A stretch of 64,000 nucleotides of DNA from Candidatus Cloacimonadota bacterium (GTDB lineage: Bacteria > Cloacimonadota > Cloacimonadia > G963667145), in contig OY762940.1 in NCBI GenBank assembly GCA_963667255.1, forward strand, positions 1,056,001 through 1,120,000, read 5' to 3'. Positions 1 to 10,476 of the stretch are shown in pieces (the first letter of the stretch is position 1; each line of letters begins with the position of its first letter). A model generated the notes under the pieces. It saw only the letters and a list, made by a program, of their open reading frames with translations. It was not told the DNA's origin and searched no databases. The position numbers were made by a program, and so were the translations under genes.

Positions 1-1
1 G

Positions 2-526
2 ATTGCTAAGCGAGCCGGACTGACCAAAGGCGGGTTCTATCATCATTTTACCAGTAAGAAATCTATTTTTGTGGCGTGTGTTATCAATCTGTTGCAGAGT
101 TGGGAAGAGATGCTGAAGCAGGTGGACGAAGAGAGTGAGGATAGTTATCATTTTTTGCAAAACTGTTTTGGAATGGCGAACAACTTGGAAGGTCAGCTTT
201 TGCTGATGGAGGGAGCTAATTTTGATGCTGTTGTGTTCAATTACCAACAAATTTTGAACTTGGGAATTTTGACCAGTAAGCGAATAAAAAATGCTACGAT
301 AAAAATCAAAGAGTCGTTTTATCTGACGATGAAGAAAAGGCTTGAGCAGGGACAGATTGATGGACAAATCAGGGAAGATATGGTTGTCAGTGATATTCTG
401 ATTTTGCTTTTTTCTGCAATGAAAGGTATGCCGAGCGTGGCTTTGCTTTCCGAGAAAAAAGAGTTTGGTGTTGAGGTCAAAAAGTCGTTTTTAGCATTTT
501 GGCAGTTGATAAAGGCTTTAGACTAA
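2..526 (+). CDS. TetR/AcrR family transcriptional regulator (5' truncated by window edge)
   Basis: Frame is open from position 2: IAKRAGLTKGGFYHHFTSKKSIF is a TetR HTH and continues into ORF 71..526. Confidence 0.85.
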   Translation: MAKRAGLTKGGFYHHFTSKKSIFVACVINLLQSWEEMLKQVDEESEDSYHFLQNCFGMANNLEGQLLLMEGANFDAVVFNYQQILNLGILTSKRIKNATIKIKESFYLTMKKRLEQGQIDGQIREDMVVSDILILLFSAMKGMPSVALLSEKKEFGVEVKKSFLAFWQLIKALD

Positions 527-991
527 ATCTCTGAGAAATTTCCCAAACAGTTTGTGTGTAAGAGATAGGAAGATTATACTTACGGCGAAGGCTATGGCAA
601 CCTCTATGGATATTCCGCTGATTACGATTCCTAGAGTAGTGGCTGTTGCCGGTGGATGCTCGAAATCCAAGACAACCATTAGGAAGATAGCCAGTCCGAC
701 TGAGCCGGCTGTGACCAAGGAAAGCAGTATTCCCGTTGCAGGAATGAACTGGTGGATGATTAACCCGATAAGGATGCAAGTAATCTGACCTCCAACCAAG
801 TTTCTGGGTTGAGCGGAAATAGATTTGGGCATGGCAAACACGATGAAAGTGCTAGCTCCTATCGAGGCGACCACGATTATGTGTTGCATCTGAAGATAAG
901 CCAAAACTAAGAAAATAGTCAATGAAGCCAAAAGCGACTGGATAATGTAGGCTTGCCAATTATCCCTGAACTCCTTGAAATTGAAAAGCAT
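518..991 (-). CDS. HPP family membrane protein
   Basis: Hydrophobic helices; AQPRNLVGG and EHPPA motifs. Confidence 0.85.
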   Translation of the reverse strand: MLFNFKEFRDNWQAYIIQSLLASLTIFLVLAYLQMQHIIVVASIGASTFIVFAMPKSISAQPRNLVGGQITCILIGLIIHQFIPATGILLSLVTAGSVGLAIFLMVVLDFEHPPATATTLGIVISGISIEVAIAFAVSIIFLSLTHKLFGKFLRDLV

Positions 992-994
992 TCT

Positions 995-1993
995 TTACTC
1001 GTTTTTATTAGTTAATTTTGCAAACAAAATTGTCTCCGCAATGGCTATGGCAGCGATAGATTCCACAACGACTGCAGCTCGCAAAGTCAGGCAAGCATCG
1101 TGTCTGCCCACTATTTGCAAAGGCTCTATTTGTTTTTTCTCAAAATTGTAAGTGTTTTGCGGTTGTCCGATTGAGGGAGTCGGTTTGAAATGACAGCGAA
1201 ATACGATTTGATTTCCGTTACTGATTCCGCCTACGATTCCGCCATCGTTGTTGCCTGATGTTTCGCCGGTTTCATCGATGATTTTATCGTTGTTTTGACT
1301 GCCACTACTTAGGCTGACTTGGCTTCCTGCTCCGAACTCAATAGCTTTCAGTGCTGGTATAGAAAAAGCCAAATGTGCGATGTTGGATTCCAGAGAGCCG
1401 AAAAATGGCTCTCCTAAGCCGACAGGGACACCGTTAATTGTGGTTTTTACAGTTCCGCCCAAGGAGTCGTGAGATTTTTGAGCATCCAAAATCGCTTTTT
1501 CAATCTCATCAGGATTGGTAAATCCCCCGATGGCGATTATCTTGCTTTCTAATTTGATATTTTTGGCAATTTTCTTGGCAACAACTCCCGCAGCGACCAA
1601 GCACAGCGTAAGTCTGCCGGAAAAATGTCCGCCTCCTGACGGGTCGTTAAAGCCGTTAAATTTTCTATTTGCCACAAAATCGGCGTGCGAAGGTCTGGGA
1701 TGATTGACCAAATTGCTGTAATCTTTGCTCTTGGTGTTGTTGTTTGCAAAGAGAATGGTCAGAGGGTCGCCACTAGTGAAGCCGTTATGTGTTCCGCTCA
1801 CGATTTGCGGTGTGTCAGTTTCTATCCTCGGTGTCGTTCCCACTTTACCACTCTTGCGTCTATCCAAATCTTTGCTAAAATCCTCTTCGCTCAAGGGGAT
1901 GCCCGCAGGAATTCCGTCTATCGTGATTCCAACAAATTGACTGTGTGAACGCCCGAAGATGCTAAGTCTAAAATTTTGTCCGAATTGGTTCAT
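995..1993 (-). CDS. aroC: Chorismate synthase
   Basis: RPSHAD, GGGHFSGR, GGISNG, FKPTPSI, GRHD motifs. Confidence 0.95.
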   Translation of the reverse strand: MNQFGQNFRLSIFGRSHSQFVGITIDGIPAGIPLSEEDFSKDLDRRKSGKVGTTPRIETDTPQIVSGTHNGFTSGDPLTILFANNNTKSKDYSNLVNHPRPSHADFVANRKFNGFNDPSGGGHFSGRLTLCLVAAGVVAKKIAKNIKLESKIIAIGGFTNPDEIEKAILDAQKSHDSLGGTVKTTINGVPVGLGEPFFGSLESNIAHLAFSIPALKAIEFGAGSQVSLSSGSQNNDKIIDETGETSGNNDGGIVGGISNGNQIVFRCHFKPTPSIGQPQNTYNFEKKQIEPLQIVGRHDACLTLRAAVVVESIAAIAIAETILFAKLTNKNE

Positions 1994-2659
1994 TTATTGC
2001 CTTCCTAATTTTAATTTTGGATTGTTCAAAATCCATCTGTCCGCTAACTCGCAGGTCAACCAAACAAAGCCGAATGCCCACAGGCAATCGCTGAAAAAAT
2101 GTGCTCCTTGGACTATTCTCGTGCAACTCATCAAAATGCCGTAAGCAATTCCTCCAAAAAAGCACCAATTAGCAACTTTTTTGTTTCTCCGTCTGAAAAC
2201 ATAATATAAACTTATGAAATAGAAGGCGATAGATGAGTGACCAGAAGGGAAAGAGTGCCCATTTTGGTCGGAATAAACCCAAACTTTGCAAAAATGTTTT
2301 TCTCCGTTGAATTGCTCTATCTGTCGTGGTCTTGGTCTGCCGTAATTTTCTTTGAAGATTGAGTTCACAATAAGCCCCGGTCCCAGCAAAATCACAACGA
2401 CCAAGAACAAGCATTGTTTTCTAAATCTCATCAGAGAGTCCCTAAAAAAACCGATTACAAATATCAGCAGTGCTATTACTCCGAGGGAGTTCGGAGCCCA
2501 AACGCCCCAGTTTTTTATCTGTATCCAAGGAGTTTCATTTTCAAATGTCCAGCCATTATCGTAAAAATAGTTGCTGACAAGTAAATCGATGGGAGTAAAC
2601 CACGCCACCAAAGTTCCTATGAAAAGTAACAGAATAATTATCAAATTTCTTTTTGACAA
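1994..2659 (-). CDS. PAP2 family membrane phosphatase
   Basis: KxxxGRPRP, SFPSGH, RIVQGAHFFSD motifs; TM helices. Confidence 0.88.
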   Translation of the reverse strand: MSKRNLIIILLLFIGTLVAWFTPIDLLVSNYFYDNGWTFENETPWIQIKNWGVWAPNSLGVIALLIFVIGFFRDSLMRFRKQCLFLVVVILLGPGLIVNSIFKENYGRPRPRQIEQFNGEKHFCKVWVYSDQNGHSFPSGHSSIAFYFISLYYVFRRRNKKVANWCFFGGIAYGILMSCTRIVQGAHFFSDCLWAFGFVWLTCELADRWILNNPKLKLGRQ

Positions 2660-2757
2660 AAAATCTCCTTTAAATCTTTATAAAAGCGACAACAATCCTT
2701 GCGATTAGAGGATTTTTAAATTTAGATTTTATTCAAAAAATAGTGGAGAGCCAAATT

Positions 2758-4692
2758 ATGCAAGAAAAAAGTTTAGTTGAAGTAGCCAAAGATATCAGAG
2801 CGAATATTCTCATCGCTCTACATTGTTCCGGTTCGGGTCATAGCGGAGGGAGTTTGTCAGGAGTGGAGCTGATGCTCGGAGCGTATAACAAGATGAAACA
2901 TAATCCGAAAAATCCCGATTGGGCGGACAGAGACAGATTTTATCTCTCTGCTGGTCATAAAGCACCTCTATGGTATGTGGTTTTGGCGGAATTTGGATAT
3001 TTTGCGATGAGTGAAGTAGCGACTTTGCGGAAATTGGGCAGTCCTTTTCAGGGACATCCCGATTGTCACAAAGTTCCTGGTGTGGAGCTTTCTTGCGGTT
3101 CTCTAGGGCAAGGTCTGTCTGTGGCTGTTGGCGATGCGTGTGCCGCCAAAATGAACGATAAAGACCGCAGTATTTTTTGCCTGATGGGTGATGGCGAACA
3201 ACAGGAAGGGCAAATTTGGGAGGCGGTGATGGCTGCCAGTCATCACAAATTGGATAATTTGATAGGAATAGTAGATAAAAATGGCTTGCAAATCGATGGT
3301 GCTGTGGACGATGTGATGAGTTTGGGAGATTTGTCGGCTAAATACAAAGCTTTTGGTTGGGAAGTTTTTGAGTGTGATGGACACGATATTGACGAAGTGC
3401 TTGTAGCTTATGACAAGGCTTTGGCTGTAAAAGGGAAGCCTTCGGTTATTATTGCCAAGACTGTAAAAGGCAAAGGTGTGAGCTTTATGGAAAATCAGGC
3501 TGGATGGCATGGCAAGACTCCGAATAGGGAAGAGTTGGATAAGGCTTTGGTGGAAATCGGCTCTGAGGGAATTGGAGTGGAAAAGATGTTGAAAGTTTCT
3601 GCTGATTTTCAAAATGGCGTGCAAACCAAACTTGAAGAGAGAATACCGAAATTCAGTCGCAATTATTGGTGGAACGAGCAAGACATAATGAAAGTGGAGA
3701 TGAAAGCGACTCGAGCAGGGTTTGGCAAGGCTTTGGCGGACACCAAAAACGAGAAAGTTTGCACCATCGGTTCTGATTTGTCCGGCTCGGTTAAGATTGA
3801 CCAATTTACCAAAAATCGTGCGGATAGGGAAAAGAGGTTTTTTTCTATGGGGATTGCCGAACAAAGCGGAACTTCCGTGGCGGCAGGTATGAGCAAGGAC
3901 GGCGACATTCCTTTTTATAGCAGTTTCGGGATGTTTACATCCGGTAGAGCTTACGACCAATTGCACACTTCCGTGGCGTATGGTGGGATGAATGCCAAGA
4001 TTGCGGCTTCACATTCTGGCATCACAGTGGGCGAAGATGGAGCCACCCATCAAGCGTTGGAAGATTTGGGTATTATCGGTTATTTGCCAGGAATTACATT
4101 TTTGACTCCGGCTGACTATCATCAAACTGCCAAAGCGACTGAGACTGCAATCGACATCAAAGGTCCAGTTTATATTCGCTACGGGAGAGTGGACACGCCG
4201 TCCATAACCGATGAAAGCACTCCGTTCGAGGTTGGCAGAGCCACTCTTTACAAATTTCTGGGCGAGGCGGACAATTTTACGGACGCTTTTTCGTGTGAAT
4301 TTGCCGACCAAGCTGATGTGAAAGCCGTTGATGTTTGTTTGGTTGCCTTGGGGATAATGGTGCCGGAGGCTCTCAGAGCAGCTTGGATTTTGCATAGCGA
4401 ATTTGGCTTGAAAGCGGTTGTCCTCAACTACTCCAGTATAAAACCTTTCGATGTTAAGGCGTTGCAAACTTGCGATAAAGCAACCGCTGTGGTAACAGCG
4501 GAAGAGCACCAAAAAGGTGGTTTCGGCAACATGGTAGCTGGACATCTTTTGGAGATGGGTTGCAAGGCGAAATTCGGGATGATAGGTGTGGAGGACAGCT
4601 TCGGTCAGTCTGCTGCTCCGTGGGAACTGATGAAGCACTACGGATTGACAGCGGAGTTTATCGCCGAAAAAGCTAAAAATCTTTTGAAATAG
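2758..4692 (+). CDS. tkt: Transketolase (N- and C-terminal parts in one polypeptide)
   Basis: GHSGGSLS, TPP motif GDGEQQEG, GIAEQ, GEDGATHQ; ATG at 2758 follows GGAGAG. Confidence 0.9.
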   Translation: MQEKSLVEVAKDIRANILIALHCSGSGHSGGSLSGVELMLGAYNKMKHNPKNPDWADRDRFYLSAGHKAPLWYVVLAEFGYFAMSEVATLRKLGSPFQGHPDCHKVPGVELSCGSLGQGLSVAVGDACAAKMNDKDRSIFCLMGDGEQQEGQIWEAVMAASHHKLDNLIGIVDKNGLQIDGAVDDVMSLGDLSAKYKAFGWEVFECDGHDIDEVLVAYDKALAVKGKPSVIIAKTVKGKGVSFMENQAGWHGKTPNREELDKALVEIGSEGIGVEKMLKVSADFQNGVQTKLEERIPKFSRNYWWNEQDIMKVEMKATRAGFGKALADTKNEKVCTIGSDLSGSVKIDQFTKNRADREKRFFSMGIAEQSGTSVAAGMSKDGDIPFYSSFGMFTSGRAYDQLHTSVAYGGMNAKIAASHSGITVGEDGATHQALEDLGIIGYLPGITFLTPADYHQTAKATETAIDIKGPVYIRYGRVDTPSITDESTPFEVGRATLYKFLGEADNFTDAFSCEFADQADVKAVDVCLVALGIMVPEALRAAWILHSEFGLKAVVLNYSSIKPFDVKALQTCDKATAVVTAEEHQKGGFGNMVAGHLLEMGCKAKFGMIGVEDSFGQSAAPWELMKHYGLTAEFIAEKAKNLLK

Positions 4693-4708
4693 TTTTATTT
4701 GAGGGGAA

Positions 4709-6034
4709 ATGAATATTATTCGTAACGCAGAGGTAAATGGTCGGCTCGTTGACATCGCTTTTGATGACAAAATAAGGCAAATCAGTTTTAAGACAATTGA
4801 GGGCGAGTTTGAGACCGTTTACGATTTGGAGGGCAAATTTCTTATCCCTGGGGGAATAGACCCGCATGTCCATTTCAATCAGCCCGGATTCACCGATAGA
4901 GAAGATTTCTCGACAGGTTCCGCTTCAGCCATAGCCGGAGGAGTGACCACCGTAATAGATATGCCCTGCACGAGTTTGCCCCCGATTATTAGCGTGGAAA
5001 ATTATGAAAACAAATATAGCGTCATCAAAAATACCTCTTATGTTGATTTTGCTTTTTGGGGAGGTATCACTGGTGACGGCTACGATAAGAAAACCGTAGA
5101 GAGACTCTGGGAGCACGGAGTTGTCGGATTTAAGCTATACACTATCTCAGGAATGGATACTTACAAAGCGACTTCGTATGGACTACTAAGGCAAATTTTT
5201 GCTGATTTTACGGAGAGCGATAAACTCTTCGCCTTCCATGCGGAGGATGCTCAGATTATCGCCAAATCTTTGGATAAATTCACAGGAGAGCAGTTGGCAA
5301 AATGGGAAAATTATGTTCCTTCCAGACCTTCCGAGGCGGAGATAACGGCTGTGAACAAAATCATCGAATCTATGCAATCCAACAAAGTTCATTTTGTTCA
5401 TATCTCTACGGAAGATGCGGCGAAATTGATTTTTGATGCCAAAGGAAACGGGAAAAATGTTTCGCTGGAGACCTGCCCTCACTATTTGCAATTCACCAAG
5501 GAAGATTATGAGCAATTGCTTGGCAGACTGAAAACAGCACCTTCCGTAAAAGGTGAGGCGGATAAAAATTTCTTGCGGGAGAATTTGAGTGAAATAGACT
5601 TCATCGCAACAGACCATGCCGGATGTATCTGGGAAACGGAAAAAGATTTGTCCGATTTTTCCAAAGTCTATTGTGGTATCCCCGGTGTGCAAACTTTTTT
5701 GTCGTTTGTAATTGATGAATTTTATCTTAGAGGCAAGATTTCTTACGACGAATTGGTGCGGTTGACCAGTCGGGGTGCTGCCAAGAGATATGGACTCTAT
5801 CCTCGCAAGGGAGCTTTGGAAATCGGAGCAGATGCTGATTTTGCAATATTCGATTTAAAAAAGTGTCATACATTGAGGAAAGAAGATTTGCTTTGTAAGG
5901 GCAAATACTCTCCATTTGAGGGAAGAGAGTTTGGTTGTAGTTTAGTTCAAACTTTTTTGAGAGGCAGATTGATTTACGATGGTTCGTTGTTACAGGACAG
6001 AGTTCACGGTGAATTATTGAAGAGGGAAAATTAA
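4709..6034 (+). CDS. Cyclic amidohydrolase (allantoinase/dihydroorotase family)
   Basis: PGGIDPHVH, GGVTTVIDMP, FHAED, ETCPHYL, TDHA, GADAD motifs. Confidence 0.85.
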   Translation: MNIIRNAEVNGRLVDIAFDDKIRQISFKTIEGEFETVYDLEGKFLIPGGIDPHVHFNQPGFTDREDFSTGSASAIAGGVTTVIDMPCTSLPPIISVENYENKYSVIKNTSYVDFAFWGGITGDGYDKKTVERLWEHGVVGFKLYTISGMDTYKATSYGLLRQIFADFTESDKLFAFHAEDAQIIAKSLDKFTGEQLAKWENYVPSRPSEAEITAVNKIIESMQSNKVHFVHISTEDAAKLIFDAKGNGKNVSLETCPHYLQFTKEDYEQLLGRLKTAPSVKGEADKNFLRENLSEIDFIATDHAGCIWETEKDLSDFSKVYCGIPGVQTFLSFVIDEFYLRGKISYDELVRLTSRGAAKRYGLYPRKGALEIGADADFAIFDLKKCHTLRKEDLLCKGKYSPFEGREFGCSLVQTFLRGRLIYDGSLLQDRVHGELLKREN

Positions 6035-6153
6035 TTTTACTTCGATTTGGTTGAATTTCGGTCAGATTTCAAACAAAGTCACAAAAAAGACTTGTCATTG
6101 CTCACGAACTTTTTTTCTTGGAATGAAAATCATGATTTAAGGAGATACTTAAG

Positions 6154-6345
6154 ATGTCGAGAAAATGTGATGTTTGCGGTAAGGTAGCTCAAGTAGGTAA
6201 TAATAGATCTCATGCTTTAAATAAAACTAAAAGAAGATTTAAGCCTAATTTGCACTCTATGAAAGCCATTGTGGATTCTGAAGTTAAGAAAATTAAGGTT
6301 TGCAGTTCTTGCTTACGAGCCGGCAAAGTAGAAAAAGTGGTATAG
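6154..6345 (+). CDS. rpmB: 50S ribosomal protein L28
   Basis: [10 protein letters not shown]...GNNRSHA...RRFKPNL; SD AAGGAG. Confidence 0.97.
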   Translation: MSRKCDVCGKVAQVGNNRSHALNKTKRRFKPNLHSMKAIVDSEVKKIKVCSSCLRAGKVEKVV

Positions 6346-6364
6346 TTTTCATAAGGGAGATATT

Positions 6365-6853
6365 TTGAAGAAAGTTCTAAGTTTTGCGATTTTTTTGGTG
6401 CTGGGTTCTTTGTTATTTGCAGATGGACCTAAAATAGTAACAATAAACACTTCTGAAATTGCGGAGAAATCTGCCGAGATTATCAAAGCTCGGGAAGCTT
6501 TTCAGAGAGATTACAAGAGACAAGTTGCCAAGATAGAGAGTTTGGAAACCGAAATTAAGGAGTTGCAAGCTAAATATCAAAAAGCCAGTAAGACAGCTAC
6601 TGAAGCTGAAATTAAGACGATGGAAGAAGACCTTCAACGAAAAGTAAGCAATTATCAGGCTCTTTCCAAAAAAGCTCAAGAAAACTTATCTAAAAAACAA
6701 GAAGAGCTTTTGCAACCGATTTTGGATAAGGTCGATAAGATTGCCCGTGAAAATGGTTACGATTTGGTTTTTGATGTTGTTTCCGGTAAGATTGTTTTTT
6801 CCAGTGAAAAATATGATGTCACTCAAAAAATGCTGAAAGAACTAAATAAATAA
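6365..6853 (+). CDS. skp: OmpH/Skp periplasmic chaperone
   Basis: Signal peptide, coiled coil, GYDLVFD...DVT C-terminus; upstream of lpxD. Confidence 0.88.
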   Translation: MKKVLSFAIFLVLGSLLFADGPKIVTINTSEIAEKSAEIIKAREAFQRDYKRQVAKIESLETEIKELQAKYQKASKTATEAEIKTMEEDLQRKVSNYQALSKKAQENLSKKQEELLQPILDKVDKIARENGYDLVFDVVSGKIVFSSEKYDVTQKMLKELNK

Positions 6854-6866
6854 TTTTGATACTGAT

Positions 6867-7835
6867 ATGAAAAAGTTTAGCTTTAAGAGGTCCGCCCGCG
6901 AGATAGCCGGCGGACTTTCTTTGTTATTGGAGGGGAACAATTCTGCTAATGTGGAAATTGATAATGTTTCCACTCTGCTGGAAGCCGACGAGAACTCTTT
7001 GTGCTTCTACCAAGATGCCAAATACAAGGATGAACTTTTGGCGAGCAAAGCAGGCTTGGTGTTGGTTCCTGCGGATTTTGATTTGCAGATTGGTTCAAGT
7101 TTTATCAAAACAGATAAACCATATTTTACTTTTTTGCAGATAATTAAAACTGTTTTTTTGCAAGAGCAGAAATCTGAAATCAGTCCAAGCTCTGTTATTC
7201 ACGAGAGTGCCGTAATAGGCGAAGGTGCTTCCATAGCTGAGTTCGTCAGTATCGGAGCGAATGTTACTATCGGCAAAAATGCTCTGATTTATCCTAATGT
7301 TACCATTTATGAAGATACGGCAATCGGAGACGGCGTTATTCTTCACTCGGGAGTTGTTTTGGGTGCTGATGGTTTTGGATTTTTGTATCAAGATGGGAAG
7401 CAACACAAAATACCGCAATTGGGCAAGGTGATAATTGGCAACGATGTGGAAATCGGTGCGGGAACTACTATCGATAGAGGCACTTTGGGGGCGACGACTA
7501 TCGGCGATGGCACGAAGATTGATAATTTGGTGCAGATAGGGCACAATTGTCAAGTCGGCAAAAATTGTTGCATTTGCTCACAAGTTGGTCTTGCGGGGAA
7601 CACAAAGGTAGGCGATTTGGTCTATATGGCTGGTCAAGTGGGAGTTGCGGGGCATTTGTCTATCGGCAACTATACCAGAATTGGAGCGAAATCGGGGGTG
7701 ATGAATAGTGTTCCCGATAATTCGGAAATTTGGGGAATCCCGACTGTTGATGCCAAAGACCAAAAGAGAATTATTGTGGCTATGAGACAATTGCCGAAGG
7801 TGCTTCCCAAATTAAAGAAATTATTAAAAGATTAG
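6867..7835 (+). CDS. lpxD: UDP-3-O-acylglucosamine N-acyltransferase
   Basis: Hexapeptide repeats, [23 protein letters not shown]. Confidence 0.95.
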   Translation: MKKFSFKRSAREIAGGLSLLLEGNNSANVEIDNVSTLLEADENSLCFYQDAKYKDELLASKAGLVLVPADFDLQIGSSFIKTDKPYFTFLQIIKTVFLQEQKSEISPSSVIHESAVIGEGASIAEFVSIGANVTIGKNALIYPNVTIYEDTAIGDGVILHSGVVLGADGFGFLYQDGKQHKIPQLGKVIIGNDVEIGAGTTIDRGTLGATTIGDGTKIDNLVQIGHNCQVGKNCCICSQVGLAGNTKVGDLVYMAGQVGVAGHLSIGNYTRIGAKSGVMNSVPDNSEIWGIPTVDAKDQKRIIVAMRQLPKVLPKLKKLLKD

Positions 7836-7847
7836 AAGGTTTGTAAG

Positions 7848-9245
7848 ATGGCTATAGAGAGGGAAAAAACTATAAGAAAAATTAGTGAGAGCTATACGGG
7901 TGTTGGTCTTCATTTGGGAGAAATGGCAACCGTGCGGTTTACTCCCGCAGGAGAAAAAACCGGAATAGTTTTCAGGAGAATAGACATCGACGGCTCGCCC
8001 GAAATTTTGGCTGATATTGACCATGTAGTTGATATTTCCAGAGGGACTACTATCAGTAACGGCAAGGTTTCTGTGGCAACCACCGAGCATATTTTGGCTG
8101 CTGTGAAAGGTGTGGATATTGACAATATTATCATCGAGATAGACGGTCCCGAGGTTCCAGTTGCCGATGGTAGTGCCAAGCCTTTTGTGCAGATGCTGAA
8201 TAAAGCTGGGATTATTGAGCAGGAATCGGAGAGGGAGTATTTTGGGCTTGTTGAGCCCGTGAGTTACTCTTCGGCGGAGGATAATGTTGATATTATCATT
8301 ACGCCTTCCGATAAACTCAAAATCACTTTTATGGTTGATTACAATCATCCTTGCGTTCCTACTCAATACACTTGGTTTCCTTCTTTGGATTACTTCCAAG
8401 AGGAGTTTGCACCGGCTCGGACTTTTTGCTTTGTAAGCGAGATAATTATGTTGAAAGAAGCCGGTCTTATCAAGGGTGGTTCTTTGGACACGGCTGTGGT
8501 GGTGGCTGACCCTAAAAATGATGTTGATGAGATTAAGAAACTTGAGAAGTTGTTTGGTTACGATAATCCGATAAAGGTTGATGAGAACGGACTTCTCAAT
8601 GGCACGAAGTTGCGATTTTATAATGAGTTTGTTAGGCATAAAGCCCTTGACCTCATTGGCGATTTGGCTCTTCTCGGTGTTCCTATCAGGGGGCATATTT
8701 TGGCTGCGAGATCAGGGCACAAGACCAACATTGCGTTGATAAAAAAACTTCGTGGGATTTATCAAAAACAACAATTGGAAAAGAAATTCCAAGAAAATAG
8801 GACCAAGGGAATTGTTTTTGATAGTGATGCTATTCAAAAAATTTTACCTCACAGATACCCTTTTATGTTGGTTGATAAAATCATAGAGTTTGAAGTTGGG
8901 AAAAGAATTGTCGGAATTAAAAATGTCACTTTCAACGAGCCGTTTTTTGAAGGACATTTCCCTGGAAAATCGATAATGCCTGGTGTTCTTATTGTTGAGG
9001 CGATGGCACAGACCGGAGGTCTGATGCTCTTGAATGCCGAAGAAGATCCGAGTAGTAAACTTGTTTTATTTGCTGGTATCGACAAAGTTCGTTTCCGCAG
9101 TTTGGTAAAGCCCGGAGATACTTTGCGTTTGGAGTTGAGTGTTATTTCGATTCGCAGAAATCTTTGCAAAATGGCAGGAAAAGCTTTTGTTGGCAGTAGA
9201 TTAGCCACCGAAGCGGAACTAATGGCACAGGTGGTGGATAAATGA
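7848..9245 (+). CDS. lpxC: Bifunctional LpxC deacetylase / FabZ dehydratase
   Basis: GVGLHLG, TTEH, HKALDLIGD (LpxC) fused to LPHRYPF, HFPG, GVLIVEAMAQ (FabZ). Confidence 0.95.
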   Translation: MAIEREKTIRKISESYTGVGLHLGEMATVRFTPAGEKTGIVFRRIDIDGSPEILADIDHVVDISRGTTISNGKVSVATTEHILAAVKGVDIDNIIIEIDGPEVPVADGSAKPFVQMLNKAGIIEQESEREYFGLVEPVSYSSAEDNVDIIITPSDKLKITFMVDYNHPCVPTQYTWFPSLDYFQEEFAPARTFCFVSEIIMLKEAGLIKGGSLDTAVVVADPKNDVDEIKKLEKLFGYDNPIKVDENGLLNGTKLRFYNEFVRHKALDLIGDLALLGVPIRGHILAARSGHKTNIALIKKLRGIYQKQQLEKKFQENRTKGIVFDSDAIQKILPHRYPFMLVDKIIEFEVGKRIVGIKNVTFNEPFFEGHFPGKSIMPGVLIVEAMAQTGGLMLLNAEEDPSSKLVLFAGIDKVRFRSLVKPGDTLRLELSVISIRRNLCKMAGKAFVGSRLATEAELMAQVVDK

Positions 9246-10012
9246 TACATCCTACGGCTATTGTTGATGATAGAGCAACTATAGGGGAAAATGTCCAAAT
9301 CGGACCTTTTGCAATCGTAGGACCGAATGTTCAAATCGGAGATGGAACGATAGTTGAATCTTCTGCTTTGATTAAGGAAAATGTCCAAATCGGGAAGAAC
9401 AATCATATTTTCTCTTTTGCGGTAATCGGGGTGAAATCTCAGGATTTGAAAGATGATGGCACTACAGCCGGAGTCGTGATTGGCGACAATAATCAAATCA
9501 GGGAGTTTGCAACGATACACCGTTCTACGAATGCTGAGTTCCCTACCAAAATCGGTTCGGGCAATCTCATAATGTCTTATGTGCACTTGGCTCACGATTG
9601 TGTGATTGGCGATGGTGTTGTTTTGGCCAATTCTTGCAATTTTGCCGGACATGTGGAGATAGGAGATGGTGTAGTTGTAGGTGGACAATCCGCTATAAGC
9701 CAATTTGTGAAAGTTGGTTCTTACGCCTTTATCGGTGGCAATTCTGGGATTACCAAAGATATTCCTCCTTACACCAAGGGTATAGGATTTCCTTATAAGA
9801 TAAAGGCTCTTAATCAAGTTGGTTTGGAGAGAAGAGGATTTAGTCCCGAGGCACTTAAATCTATTAAAGAGATTTTCAAAGATTTTTATTATTCCGATTT
9901 CTCTTTTACTCAAGCGAAAGAAATTTATAATCAAAAAAGAGAAACTCTTACACCTGAACAGTTGGTGTTTCTTGACTTTGCTCTGAATCCGGGAAAAGGT
10001 TTGTCCCGTTAA
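9242..10012 (+). CDS. lpxA: Acyl-ACP--UDP-N-acetylglucosamine O-acyltransferase
   Basis: MIHPTAIV, QDLK, IREFATIHR, HLAHDC. Confidence 0.95.
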   Translation: MIHPTAIVDDRATIGENVQIGPFAIVGPNVQIGDGTIVESSALIKENVQIGKNNHIFSFAVIGVKSQDLKDDGTTAGVVIGDNNQIREFATIHRSTNAEFPTKIGSGNLIMSYVHLAHDCVIGDGVVLANSCNFAGHVEIGDGVVVGGQSAISQFVKVGSYAFIGGNSGITKDIPPYTKGIGFPYKIKALNQVGLERRGFSPEALKSIKEIFKDFYYSDFSFTQAKEIYNQKRETLTPEQLVFLDFALNPGKGLSR

Positions 10013-10036
10013 TTAAGTTGTAAGAAGGAGATATTT

Positions 10037-10432
10037 ATGAAAACTTTATTGATGATTAAGCCTAATTGTGTGAAGAAAAACAAGATAGGCGAAATTTTAG
10101 CTATAGTAGAGTCTGCAGGATTTGAGATAGAAGACATTAGGATGTTCACATTCAACGAAAAGTTGATAGCTGATTTTTATGCAGAACATGTGGGAAAAGA
10201 TTTTTTCGGATGTCTGCAAAATTTTATGTGTTCCGACAAAACTGTGGCAGTTATATTGAACAAGAGCAATGCGGTGGAAGATTTGCGGGCATTGGTTGGA
10301 AATACAAATCCTGCCAAAGCTGATAATGGAACAATTCGAGCTCTTTTTGGGGATAGTCTCACCGAGAACGGAGTGCATGCCAGTGATAGTCCTGAGAGTG
10401 CGGACAGAGAAATCAAAATTCTTTTCAATTAA
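10037..10432 (+). CDS. ndk: Nucleoside-diphosphate kinase
   Basis: TLLMIKP, FYAEH, GTIRA, NGVHASDS. Confidence 0.95.
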   Translation: MKTLLMIKPNCVKKNKIGEILAIVESAGFEIEDIRMFTFNEKLIADFYAEHVGKDFFGCLQNFMCSDKTVAVILNKSNAVEDLRALVGNTNPAKADNGTIRALFGDSLTENGVHASDSPESADREIKILFN

Positions 10433-10476
10433 TATAGAATTAAAATTTTAAATAATAAATAAAGAGAGGATATGAA

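Noticed and set aside
9286..9393. Repeated GGAAAATGTCCAAATCGG in lpxA
   Set aside because: Encodes the hexapeptide repeat ENVQIG; not a CRISPR or mobile repeat.
8849..9934. 361-aa antisense ORF over fabZ/lpxA
   Set aside because: Shadow frame of conserved genes; no motifs.
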